Numbered from the stretch's first letter, positions 1 to 7,978 are shown. The stretch: 25,127 bases of DNA from a virus (IMGVR_UViG_3300044210_000030:1-25127); one strand, 5' to 3'. Program-made: numbers and translations. Notes: generated by a model not told the origin, from the sequence alone.

Positions 1-6
1 TAATTA

Positions 7-1023
7 CTAATTGACGTGCCCTTTAACCTCAATGGCAATAATCGTCCACTTCTGCCCGGTCGGAGCGGACATACCTACCGTTTTTGATCCGGCCGCTCCT
101 ACATTAGCAAAATATGTAATCGCAACACCATACCTAGCATTATCTCCAAGATAACCAGATAACACGACTGGAGTACCGCCAAAGTTATTAGTAAAACTCT
201 GGCTACCTTGTACCGCCCTCCAATCCGACGTAACAACAACAATCGTACTATTATCTTGGGTTGTTACCAGCGAAACTAACGGATTTTCAGAATCACCAGT
301 AGCAACATTGCTATTGCCAATCCCAGAACTTCCAGAAAACCTAATAACATTTCCACCATAATACCCAGACCCGCCAGCGCTACGCGCAAACGAGACAGTC
401 ATGTTTTCGTTAGAAGGTGCTATATACGCCCATCCATAAGTTGAACAATAGTCTGCCAATTCGCTAGAGCGGAGTAATATCATATTTCCTGTACCATTCT
501 CAGCAATAGATACACTCGCACTACTATTTTCAATAGCTGCTACTGCTACCAGCACATCACCACTATTAACTGGTACTGCGCTCATTGCAGTTTTCGGGGT
601 TGTTTCAGAATTAAATGCAGTAGCATATTGAGCCACATAAATAGGGCCAGATATAACTGGCCCTATTGTCCATGCCGATTTTAGCGGCAAATTTTGATCG
701 CTCGGAAGAGCCGTATCAGGAATTATAGCCCACACACTAGGTTGGCAAATGGCAAGCGGATCACCACACTGATATCCAGTAGGAGGAATGGCTCTAGCTT
801 TTGCCTGCAAAACTGTTCCTGATGGCGGCGTTGTAAATGACTGCTCGTTACTTGTTATTCCAGATACGCAATCTGCATTAATGCAAGCCTCAACTGTAGT
901 CCCAACAGGCCAATCTGCCGCAGAATTCCATTGCAGCGTAATCGCACCTAAGTACTCTGCCACACCTAATGAGCATATAGCAGAAAGCAGACACAACGCT
1001 ACTGCCATCAGCAACTTTTTCAT
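7..1023 (-). CDS. Putative exported protein: signal peptide + FN3/Ig-like domain + beta-rich C-terminal domain (338 aa)
   Basis: The likely start is MKKLLMAVALCLLSAICSLG at 1023, directly after the stop of 1025-1384; the upstream extension in the ORF track overlaps that gene. The N-terminus is basic then hydrophobic. ITLQW...LQAKARA is an FN3-like pattern, and the C-terminal half is rich in G/S/T/N/V. Confidence 0.65.
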   Translation of the reverse strand: MKKLLMAVALCLLSAICSLGVAEYLGAITLQWNSAADWPVGTTVEACINADCVSGITSNEQSFTTPPSGTVLQAKARAIPPTGYQCGDPLAICQPSVWAIIPDTALPSDQNLPLKSAWTIGPVISGPIYVAQYATAFNSETTPKTAMSAVPVNSGDVLVAVAAIENSSASVSIAENGTGNMILLRSSELADYCSTYGWAYIAPSNENMTVSFARSAGGSGYYGGNVIRFSGSSGIGNSNVATGDSENPLVSLVTTQDNSTIVVVTSDWRAVQGSQSFTNNFGGTPVVLSGYLGDNARYGVAITYFANVGAAGSKTVGMSAPTGQKWTIIAIEVKGHVN

Positions 1024-1024
1024 A

Positions 1025-1384
1025 TTAATACGCAAACAAAATAAACGTTGGGGCCTGTTGGTTGCTCGGTAACGCAGCCTGCGCAGCCGGATACCACACA
1101 GTAAAATTACCATTCAACGGATTACCCGGCACTACAGTATTGATGGCACGATACCGTACTTCAACCGTATTACCCGCTACAGCAGCGATAGTCGCGTTAA
1201 CTGACGGGGCAGTAAGCCCGGAAATCTCCGTAGGGACGCTCCCGTTTATCCTATACTCAGCCGAGTACTCAGGAACGTAAGCCGGTCCAGACGGAGTCGG
1301 GTCAACCCATTGCACAACCAGCGTCGCAGCAGAAACAACCGAAGAAAACAAACCTGTAATAACAACCCCAATTAGCCTTTTCAT
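1025..1384 (-). CDS. Putative exported FN3/Ig-like protein with Sec signal peptide (119 aa)
   Basis: GGAGG SD upstream. MKRLIGVVITGLFSSVVSA|A fits an SPase I signal. LVVQW..P...Y...YR...VEVRYRAIN is an FN3-like pattern. Confidence 0.7.
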   Translation of the reverse strand: MKRLIGVVITGLFSSVVSAATLVVQWVDPTPSGPAYVPEYSAEYRINGSVPTEISGLTAPSVNATIAAVAGNTVEVRYRAINTVVPGNPLNGNFTVWYPAAQAALPSNQQAPTFILFAY

Positions 1385-1397
1385 ACCTTACCTCCAA

Positions 1398-1595
1398 TCA
1401 AAAGTTACATTTAACGGTCATTCCAACCAGGTAAATCATTCCCCACGATTTTCGCGCTGGGTCCGCTTGATCTGGCTGGTAAAACGATAGCATCGGAAAC
1501 GGCTTGCACGGTGTTTGGGCGCACCCTGCCAGCGCCACTACCACGCACAACGCGAGTAACGGGTTCTGCGCCATTAGCCGGCTGTACTTCCTCAT
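1398..1595 (-). CDS. Small lipoprotein overprinted on the holin 3' half (o-spanin/Rz1-like or other outer-membrane lipoprotein, 65 aa)
   Basis: AAGGAG SD about 10 nt upstream of ATG 1595. MRKYSRLMAQNPLLALCVVVALAG|C carries a canonical LAGC lipobox. It lies in the lysis cassette. Confidence 0.65.
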   Translation of the reverse strand: MRKYSRLMAQNPLLALCVVVALAGCAQTPCKPFPMLSFYQPDQADPARKSWGMIYLVGMTVKCNF

Positions 1596-1764
1596 TAGAC
1601 GACTTCTCCTTAAGAATAACGCCCAACAGCCCTGCCGCAGCCATTCCAATTGCGATAATATACTCCCACGCCTCGGGACTTAGAGTAAGTCCCAACGAAG
1701 TTGCCAGCCAAACTAACCCGCGCCAAGTAGAAGGTTCCCGCAATCTCGCTATTAGCCACTTCAT
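1411..1764 (-). CDS. Holin (two TM segments) with long hydrophilic C-terminal extension
   Basis: ARLREPSTWRGLVWLA motif typical of a small phage holin family. Two hydrophobic segments followed by KEK. Immediately downstream of the endolysin. Confidence 0.7.
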   Translation of the reverse strand: MKWLIARLREPSTWRGLVWLATSLGLTLSPEAWEYIIAIGMAAAGLLGVILKEKSSNEEVQPANGAEPVTRVVRGSGAGRVRPNTVQAVSDAIVLPARSSGPSAKIVGNDLPGWNDR

Positions 1765-1770
1765 AACAGC

Positions 1771-2250
1771 CTATTCTCCTGCCCACGGCGACCCAGTACC
1801 AATCATGTGAACAATACGAGGACCGCGCAGCTTTACTTGCTTGTACCACAAAGACGCTTTCAAGCTATTAGCCGCTTTTTCCCACTCGTTCCGCCTAACA
1901 CTACCTAAAAACCTAGTGAACTTGGCAAGTTTCTTTCCCAGGTTAAAGCTTAGATTCAGTAACGCTCGTTTTCTTACCTCGTCTAGCGTTTCCCACTCAG
2001 GAAAAATTTCTGTCAACCTACTCTCCGCTACCGCTATATCGTTGTCCAGCAGTGTCAAGCATTGCTTTTCGGTTATCTTTCGCCGAACAATCCCGGATTC
2101 GGGATCAACCAAGGCAACAAGTTCTTTCCCTTCCAATAAATGCCCAACGCCTACAGTCCAATACCCAAGACTATCTCGGTACGGGGTTAATCTTTTCCCC
2201 TCATCCCGAATCAACTCTTTCCTAAGTTCTTCCTTACTATATCTATCCAT
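1771..2250 (-). CDS. Endolysin, T4-type lysozyme (GH24)
   Basis: E-x8-D-x5-T catalytic triad in DEGKRLTPYRDSLGYWTVGVGH; ALLNLSFNLG; WEKAANSLKASLWYKQVKLRG C-terminal motif. Confidence 0.93.
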   Translation of the reverse strand: MDRYSKEELRKELIRDEGKRLTPYRDSLGYWTVGVGHLLEGKELVALVDPESGIVRRKITEKQCLTLLDNDIAVAESRLTEIFPEWETLDEVRKRALLNLSFNLGKKLAKFTRFLGSVRRNEWEKAANSLKASLWYKQVKLRGPRIVHMIGTGSPWAGE

Positions 2251-2408
2251 TGCGCCATATCTCTCGGTTGGTAATCCTCACAAAGACCCGGAAACTCTGC
2301 ATGCTGCAACTCGCAATAGAAAACATCGGGGTCACTATCCTGAAATTGCGCGCATTTACTGCACGGTAAATTATGTCCGGCACTATGCCGAGGTAGCATT
2401 CCAATCAT
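2211..2408 (-). CDS. Small Cys-rich (possible Zn-binding) hypothetical protein
   Basis: ATGA overlap with the upstream gene. CxxC...C...H...C pattern. Confidence 0.55.
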   Translation of the reverse strand: MIGMLPRHSAGHNLPCSKCAQFQDSDPDVFYCELQHAEFPGLCEDYQPRDMAQWIDIVRKNLGKS

Positions 2409-2716
2409 ACCGAAGGGCTCACTGAGGGGCTAATTGACGCGGATGGGCTAACCGACGCACTCAATGACGGGCTTAGCGACGGACTAGCAGAGGGGCTAAC
2501 CGACGGACTAGTAGATGGGCTTAGCGAAGCAGAGGGACTAACCGACGGGCTCAGAGACGGACTCAATGACGCGGATGGACTTACCGACGGGCTACTAGAT
2601 GGGCTCAACGACGCGGATGGACTTATCGAAGATGACGGGCTTTGCGACGGACTCAGCGACAAGCTGTACACGGTTCCAATAGTGCAATTAGACCACAAAT
2701 CCCCAAACAAACTCAT
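2405..2716 (-). CDS. Ser/Pro-repeat protein (SPSX / SPSXSX units)
   Basis: Start/stop overlaps with both neighbours. About 85 aa of repeat with diverged synonymous codons. Confidence 0.75.
   Translation of the reverse strand: MSLFGDLWSNCTIGTVYSLSLSPSQSPSSSISPSASLSPSSSPSVSPSASLSPSLSPSVSPSASLSPSTSPSVSPSASPSLSPSLSASVSPSASISPSVSPSV
2408..2662. repeat. Degenerate 12/18-bp coding tandem repeat (SPSX/SPSXSX)
   Basis: Recurrent GACGGGCT / GATGGGCT / GACGGACT units on the + strand. Confidence 0.85.
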
Positions 2717-2985
2717 GATCCTATCTCCACCGTACCATTCGCCAGCAAAGCCGTAAACCTTAGAGCGTACACAGGGCCACCAAGCACGCTTACCGTTTTG
2801 CTATTCACAGTTCCGCTAGACCACGCTGTCCACGACCCGCCAGAAACAACCTGATATTCGACAGACAGCGTACCACCGCTGCCCGGAATAGCAACGACGG
2901 TCATCGGTATCGGAAGGTAAGTCAATTCGCCACCAGCACTCGTAAACGTTACTGGAGCCGCCGTTGTTACAGTAATTAATCGCAT
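2713..2985 (-). CDS. Small beta-rich putative virion accessory protein
   Basis: 90 aa, rich in T/V/G/S with a beta-sandwich-like pattern (LSVEYQV...WTAW...ALRFTA). Located in the structural operon. Confidence 0.55.
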   Translation of the reverse strand: MRLITVTTAAPVTFTSAGGELTYLPIPMTVVAIPGSGGTLSVEYQVVSGGSWTAWSSGTVNSKTVSVLGGPVYALRFTALLANGTVEIGS

Positions 2986-2994
2986 ACTTAAACC

Positions 2995-3720
2995 CTATTG
3001 TGTAGCTTTTTGCTCGTTTCCTCTAGGGCCTCTGACATCAAAGTCAAATCCCCTTGGAAGTTCCATCACTCGCACCTGCCGTCTAAGGGCAGTACGCAAA
3101 TTATTCTGGGCCTCTGCAATCCCGTTATACCAAGTAGTACTGTATAACTGAACTCTCTCTGGGTTATACAAATCCACATCCGTCTGCATGCTTAGCCTAA
3201 ACAGCGTCCCAAACACCAATAACTCATGGTATATAGCCGGAATTTGGGGATTTACAGCAGATGCGCCAATTGCAAGACTGGTAGGATAAATATACCCTTC
3301 TATACTTACCGAACCACTAGTCGTTTTGTACGGCACTAGCCGCACCTTATCAGGATACATATCCGTCACAACAAACTTGGGTGTTCCCGTTGCCGCCCGC
3401 CAATTATCAAATCTTCCAGTATTCTCAGCGGTTGTCAGCGTATAATACCCAAAATCCAACTCGCTTGCGGTAATTGGCCTCAATTGCACGTTGTTTAATA
3501 TGACGGATTTTAGCACAATTAAGTTGCTCGGTAACGTAACCCAAGGATCGTTTCCGGTTATCGTACCAGATGATACCCCGTAAAGGGCCAACGTAGCCAG
3601 CGCAAATTCTTTCTCGGCTAAAGAGGCTTGCTCTAAAATGAGAGCGTCCGACGCCAAATACGGCGTAGCCGCGTCATCAAACCTAGAGCGTACCTCCGTA
3701 AGTAATTCCGCCGAAGTCAT
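2995..3720 (-). CDS. Head-tail adaptor / head-completion protein (paralog 2)
   Basis: N-terminal helix ELLTEVRSRFDD, then W..ATGTPKF...RLVP and P.IP..YHELLVFG, a pattern typical of podovirus adaptor proteins. Downstream of the capsid genes. Confidence 0.65.
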   Translation of the reverse strand: MTSAELLTEVRSRFDDAATPYLASDALILEQASLAEKEFALATLALYGVSSGTITGNDPWVTLPSNLIVLKSVILNNVQLRPITASELDFGYYTLTTAENTGRFDNWRAATGTPKFVVTDMYPDKVRLVPYKTTSGSVSIEGYIYPTSLAIGASAVNPQIPAIYHELLVFGTLFRLSMQTDVDLYNPERVQLYSTTWYNGIAEAQNNLRTALRRQVRVMELPRGFDFDVRGPRGNEQKATQ

Positions 3721-4367
3721 AGCAACGCCCCCGCTCCGCGCTTCGGTTCCAAATACTCATAATTGAACGAGCGGCGCATAGGAATCAAGTTTACGGCGAT
3801 ATTCGCTTGCATCCTTTGAGCCTTTTTATTGTCTGGCCACTCCATCGCGGCCACCTTTAACGCTTCCCAAACGACCAGCGCATGATATTTCTCATCCCAA
3901 ATCGGCGTATCGGTAAGGCCAGTAAATCCGGCCGGCTTATACCACACGTCCCCGTACACTCCCCAAACCGCCGTGGGTTCCGGTTCTACTCGGTAATACC
4001 CATTAGGAAGCTTTATAAAATACATCGGGTCGCCGTCTTGTTGTAGGTTTATCTGTTCCTCTGCCACCCAATCATCGTATTCCTTAAAATACATGGGGAG
4101 TCTGCAAGACTCCCCTTCCTTATTGCAATACACCGAATCTTTGCTAATCTCTTTCACATCATCTAAACAATACTCTGAAACCCCAACCGCCGTATTGAAC
4201 AGCAATCCCCGACTATGAAAAAATTTCCATTGGTCGTATTCTATCTGTATTCTCAGGTAAGCGTCGGAAAGCCACTCGAAAATGGTTGCGGTAGAAACCA
4301 TATACGGCTCTACCTCATCTCCCATCGCAATCCTCACCTTCCCTATCATTTCGCTAACATTCATCAA
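3717..4367 (-). CDS. Head-tail adaptor / head-completion protein (paralog 1)
   Basis: EMIGKVR...GDPMYF...RVEPEP...PIWDEKYHALVVWEAL; same motif layout as 2995-3720. Confidence 0.65.
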   Translation of the reverse strand: MMNVSEMIGKVRIAMGDEVEPYMVSTATIFEWLSDAYLRIQIEYDQWKFFHSRGLLFNTAVGVSEYCLDDVKEISKDSVYCNKEGESCRLPMYFKEYDDWVAEEQINLQQDGDPMYFIKLPNGYYRVEPEPTAVWGVYGDVWYKPAGFTGLTDTPIWDEKYHALVVWEALKVAAMEWPDNKKAQRMQANIAVNLIPMRRSFNYEYLEPKRGAGALL

Positions 4368-4822
4368 AGCACCTGATCTTTGATAGAATCATACCACGCC
4401 TGACCTTTAGGGTTTTTATCACGGTAGTGATGCGGGTAGCGGAGCACGTTATACGCATTAGAAGTCTCAAACGTGCTGCCATCGGCGGCCTTGCGATACC
4501 CGAACTGCCACGTCTCCCGCTTGGCCCGCACAATCACCTCTAAAACAAACCGTGGGACCGTTTGCCACTCCCCGCGAAGCATATAATAACTCTTTCCGTT
4601 TACCGATACGCTTACAAGCCTAGTAGTATCGTTTTTGTCGTGAGACGGAAGAATCATAACCTCAACGGGCTCAGCCATAAAAGCCAGGTCATGCGCGTAT
4701 TTAACAACAGCATCGTTGTCTACGGCCTTAATCGGAGATACTAAAGAACTCTCCTCTGGCTGCTCGAACTTGTGCGTTAAAACCGGGTCGATGTTTTCTG
4801 CTTGTCTAGTGTAGGTTGGCAT
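4364..4822 (-). CDS. Hypothetical protein of the virion operon
   Basis: 152-aa ORF overlapping the next gene's start. The VSVNG..Y...RG....VP..V.EV pattern resembles proteins found downstream of capsid genes. Confidence 0.65.
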   Translation of the reverse strand: MPTYTRQAENIDPVLTHKFEQPEESSLVSPIKAVDNDAVVKYAHDLAFMAEPVEVMILPSHDKNDTTRLVSVSVNGKSYYMLRGEWQTVPRFVLEVIVRAKRETWQFGYRKAADGSTFETSNAYNVLRYPHHYRDKNPKGQAWYDSIKDQVL

Positions 4823-4825
4823 TGT

Positions 4826-4850
4826 AAAAAAGCGGGATTAACTCCCGCTT
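4826..4850 (-). terminator. Rho-independent terminator-like hairpin
   Basis: Minus strand AAGCGGGA-GTTAA-TCCCGCTT followed by further Ts (6-T run in total), just before ATG 4822. Confidence 0.65.
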
Positions 4851-4891
4851 CCTTTAAGGGTTATAGGTTATTGAGGGTTTAAATTAAAAAT

Positions 4892-5275
4892 TTATCCCCA
4901 GCATTCCCAAAAACAATCGTCGTCGCTGGTTTCAAGACCTTTAGTCGCTACGGTGACAGTAAATCCCAACCCATCACTCGTTAGCGCAATGCCCGCAGCC
5001 TCGTAAGTAACAGTGCCGGCGGCCGCAGTGACCAGAGATTTCGCGTTAGCACCAGCATCCAACCCATAAGTGGTCGTTCCAGTAACCGCGCCCGGATCAA
5101 CAAAATGCTCGGCTTGCACCCGGTCAGTCAGATTAATAACCCGAATAACCTGTGGCTTGAACCCCAGCGTAATCGTGAAATCCGCCGCAGTCCGCACGCC
5201 CGTGCGAATGCCGTAAGCATATTTCCTGCCCTCTTGCAGCAGGTCAAATTTATGCAAATATGAAGCGTTAGCCAT
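4892..5275 (-). CDS. Putative virion structural/decoration protein
   Basis: 127 aa, T/A/G-rich. The ITLGFKPQVIRVIN and C-terminal WECWG motifs resemble minor structural proteins next to capsid genes. Confidence 0.6.
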   Translation of the reverse strand: MANASYLHKFDLLQEGRKYAYGIRTGVRTAADFTITLGFKPQVIRVINLTDRVQAEHFVDPGAVTGTTTYGLDAGANAKSLVTAAAGTVTYEAAGIALTSDGLGFTVTVATKGLETSDDDCFWECWG

Positions 5276-5286
5276 CTTAAATTACC

Positions 5287-5856
5287 TTATGCGTTAAGCA
5301 GTTGTTTCGTGTACTCAAGCCAAACGCCGTAAATGTAAACGGCGTCTTGATCGTTAGTACCGCCCAGCAAAAGTACAACCGAAATAGCACCCGGAGCCGC
5401 TCGCATTGCCGAAGTGGTACAAGTGAACACCAGCTCTGACGCCGCTTGGGTAATCGTAGTGGCCGCCGTACCCTGACAATCCGCGTTCCCAACATCGCCC
5501 GGCCCGACCATATAAACCTCGCAGTCCAGGGTCAGCGTGTCGTTATTGGCCGCTTTACCCACCAGCACGTGAACCTCCAGCGGGTAATTTACGTCCAAAT
5601 CAATCGGAATAGGCACATTAAACCCGAGTTCTTCCCCGGCAGAGCAGTTAACCGGGATATTGATAACCGTCTCCAGGTTAGAAAGCTGAGAATAACCGGC
5701 TACGGAAGTAGCCTGTGCCGTTAAAATCGTGCCATCCTCTCTAGTAATGGACCCGAGCGCGACAGAAACGTAACTTTTTTCGCTTAGGAGCGAGTTAACC
5801 GTTGCGGCGCCAGGAGCACTAATAAAGCGGGCCAGTTCGTTCAATAGACCTGCCAT
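5287..5856 (-). CDS. Putative capsid-associated (decoration) protein
   Basis: 189 aa, GGAGG SD, acidic and beta-rich. First gene after the MCP. Confidence 0.55.
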   Translation of the reverse strand: MAGLLNELARFISAPGAATVNSLLSEKSYVSVALGSITREDGTILTAQATSVAGYSQLSNLETVINIPVNCSAGEELGFNVPIPIDLDVNYPLEVHVLVGKAANNDTLTLDCEVYMVGPGDVGNADCQGTAATTITQAASELVFTCTTSAMRAAPGAISVVLLLGGTNDQDAVYIYGVWLEYTKQLLNA

Positions 5857-5868
5857 TCACTTACCTCC

Positions 5869-5904
5869 AAAAAGGCGAGGTGCAAGAATCGCATTGCACC
5901 TCGC
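5869..5904 (-). terminator. Rho-independent terminator after the major capsid gene
   Basis: Minus strand GCGAGGTGCAA-8 nt-TTGCACCTCGC then CTTTTT; 11-bp perfect stem. Confidence 0.8.
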
Positions 5905-5920
5905 AACCCCTGCCACCAAT

Positions 5921-6997
5921 TTACGCTTCAGTACCTACCCAAGCCACCGCCATCCAATCGTCGTTCAGGATAGCTTGCGCCTGCCAAGTCATAGCGCTCA
6001 CATAACCGCGCTGGCCCAGCGGGTCAATCTTCGACTTTTCGGACGGCATGAAATGATTCGCATCGATGGAATTGAACCCGCGCAGCGGAACCTGCCCGAA
6101 CGCATCGCCGCCGCTATTACCCTTTCCGACGATAATAAGCGGGTACACGTCAATATTCGTGCCGCCATCGGACTTCGGGGTAAACCCGGCAACCGCCGCG
6201 CCAACCAGCGCTCCAGCGCCCGGCCGGTAAGTCAGAATCGGGTTAATAATGATCCGAAACCGCCCGATAGCACCGATCTCGAACTCAGGATCAAGCAGCG
6301 CCATACTACCGTAGTCCTGAACCTTAGTGAACCCAGGAATATTCTCAAAAGTCTTTTCCATATCGGTATGGCAGTAAACCGGCCAAGAGGCATTAACCGA
6401 CTGCATACCAAAATTCGGGCCAGACTTCAGCATCTTGTTGACAGTGGTGGCGTGCTTGCCCAGCAGCGCCCGCGAGATATTCTGGAACATGGCCTTGGTC
6501 GGCGGACCGTTCACGGTCCCGACAGTGGTTCCAGTACCACCAAAAAAGTCGTTAGTACAAGACTTCAACTCTCCATACACCATCATCTCGCGGCACAAAG
6601 CGATACGGGTTGCCGCTTGGTCCTCCATTTCCCGAGGAATCTCCACACCCTCTTCGTGCAAGTACCGCAGCCGGTTGCTGTAAGAATACAAACAACCAAT
6701 CTCTTGCAGAGTCGTAGACAGCGTAGTCCACGAAATCGAGTCTGGGGTAGGCGTTACACCCTCTTGAATGGTATGTTTCGCTATGAAAGCGGTGTCGCCA
6801 CCCGCCGCAATCCACTCGTTATCCACTCCGCCATACGGCAAGAACCGCATCCACTCAATCGTTTGAGAAACGTTTTGCGGAAACGGCTCCATCGCGCCCA
6901 ACTTGGTCAGCATTTCTTTGGTTTGAGCCTTAGCCAAGATTCGCCCTTTATATTTCTCAAGGCGACCAGCTTGCGTTGCATAAAATTGTCCAGCCAT
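5921..6997 (-). CDS. Major capsid protein, N4-gp56 family (HK97 fold)
   Basis: 358 aa. EGVTP, YCHTD, EIGAIGRFRII and KIDPLGQRGYVS..W...ILNDDWM motifs match N4-gp56-type MCPs. Follows portal and scaffold. Confidence 0.93.
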   Translation of the reverse strand: MAGQFYATQAGRLEKYKGRILAKAQTKEMLTKLGAMEPFPQNVSQTIEWMRFLPYGGVDNEWIAAGGDTAFIAKHTIQEGVTPTPDSISWTTLSTTLQEIGCLYSYSNRLRYLHEEGVEIPREMEDQAATRIALCREMMVYGELKSCTNDFFGGTGTTVGTVNGPPTKAMFQNISRALLGKHATTVNKMLKSGPNFGMQSVNASWPVYCHTDMEKTFENIPGFTKVQDYGSMALLDPEFEIGAIGRFRIIINPILTYRPGAGALVGAAVAGFTPKSDGGTNIDVYPLIIVGKGNSGGDAFGQVPLRGFNSIDANHFMPSEKSKIDPLGQRGYVSAMTWQAQAILNDDWMAVAWVGTEA

Positions 6998-7782
6998 TAT
7001 CGTCTACCCTCTGAGGCAATTTCTTCAAAAGCTGCCAAGAACGCATCTTCAGATGATTGCGCTCCAGCATCTCTAGTACGTCGAGATTGGCTTGTCGGGA
7101 TTTGCCCCTGAGCCAGACGAGTAGACTTATTGCTAGCATTCCTCGTCTTTTCCTGTTTTCTGTTTTGCTCCCACGCTTCAAACTTTCGTAGCGCATTGAC
7201 GTATGGCGCACCAAAATTCAAAAGCGCTTGTTGGGTTTGGTATCCCTGCTGGGAGTACCATTCTACAAAATCTTTGTGCCGCTGTCCTTCCGGCGCAAAT
7301 TTGCCGTTTTTCACCGCTGGGATTATTTCCTCCAGCATTTCCGGCGAATAAACCGATAAAACTAACTGCTGCCCGAATGCCTCCGACAGCCTTGATGTAA
7401 CCGGATCAAGAAACGGACGGAGAGTATTTTCATCCAGCGGAGAAACCTGAATCGCTTCTGACAGCGCCGGAATTAGTACCTCCGCCAACTTCGGGTCATA
7501 ATCCTCCAGCACCTTTTTAAGCTTATCGGCGTTAAAGGATGTTCTCGTTCCTAAAGACTTCTCTAACCCTGCCAGCCGTTCCTGAAGCTGCGAAAAATTT
7601 CCGTTAAGCCTAGACTCAACACCGCTTATGTAATCCGGAAACTCCGAAACTCGCTGAAGCCTAGAATACACGTCGTCTTCCGACAAGTCGCGCAAATACG
7701 GTGATGTTTCTTCGACTTCTCCAGAGGATTCTTCGGGGCTTGCGTTTTCAATACCGTTTTCTGTTTCAGTTTCAGTGGTCAT
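6997..7782 (-). CDS. Capsid scaffolding protein
   Basis: Acidic N-terminus, helical/coiled-coil body and C-terminal EDAFLAAFEE helix. Immediately upstream of the MCP. Confidence 0.75.
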   Translation of the reverse strand: MTTETETENGIENASPEESSGEVEETSPYLRDLSEDDVYSRLQRVSEFPDYISGVESRLNGNFSQLQERLAGLEKSLGTRTSFNADKLKKVLEDYDPKLAEVLIPALSEAIQVSPLDENTLRPFLDPVTSRLSEAFGQQLVLSVYSPEMLEEIIPAVKNGKFAPEGQRHKDFVEWYSQQGYQTQQALLNFGAPYVNALRKFEAWEQNRKQEKTRNASNKSTRLAQGQIPTSQSRRTRDAGAQSSEDAFLAAFEEIASEGRR

Positions 7783-7978
7783 TGGTAATTTCCGTTAATT
7801 GCTGTATTAGGTTAGCTAACTCTGCTCGACGGCCTCTAAGCCCCTCGGTAGTAATGTGGTCGGTTCCCGGTACAGCAATCCTTTCCATCAGGAGCCTAGC
7901 ACGACCCTCAAGCAGTTGCAACAAATTTATTGGATCAATATACAAGCAACCATACGCTCTCTTTACGGCCTCTTTCAT
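7772..7978 (-). CDS. Small helical protein between portal and scaffold
   Basis: 68 aa, overlapping both neighbours. The T..LRGR.AEL..L motif and position are typical of small post-portal genes. Confidence 0.65.
   Translation of the reverse strand: MKEAVKRAYGCLYIDPINLLQLLEGRARLLMERIAVPGTDHITTEGLRGRRAELANLIQQLTEITNDH

Noticed and set aside
1841-2425. 194-aa plus-strand ORF
   Set aside because: Antisense to the clearly identified lysozyme; Ser/Phe-rich shadow composition.
2408-2662. Possible CRISPR array or DNA-level repeat element
   Set aside because: Units are short and degenerate at third codon positions, with no unique spacers; it is a coding repeat.
5921-6997. Classification as a true N4-like phage
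   Set aside because: Only the MCP family matches; no virion RNA polymerase or N4 RNAPII genes are in the window, and the promoters are host sigma70 type.
5894-7111. 405-aa plus-strand ORF
   Set aside because: Antisense shadow of the major capsid gene; Arg/His-rich, with no motifs and no SD.
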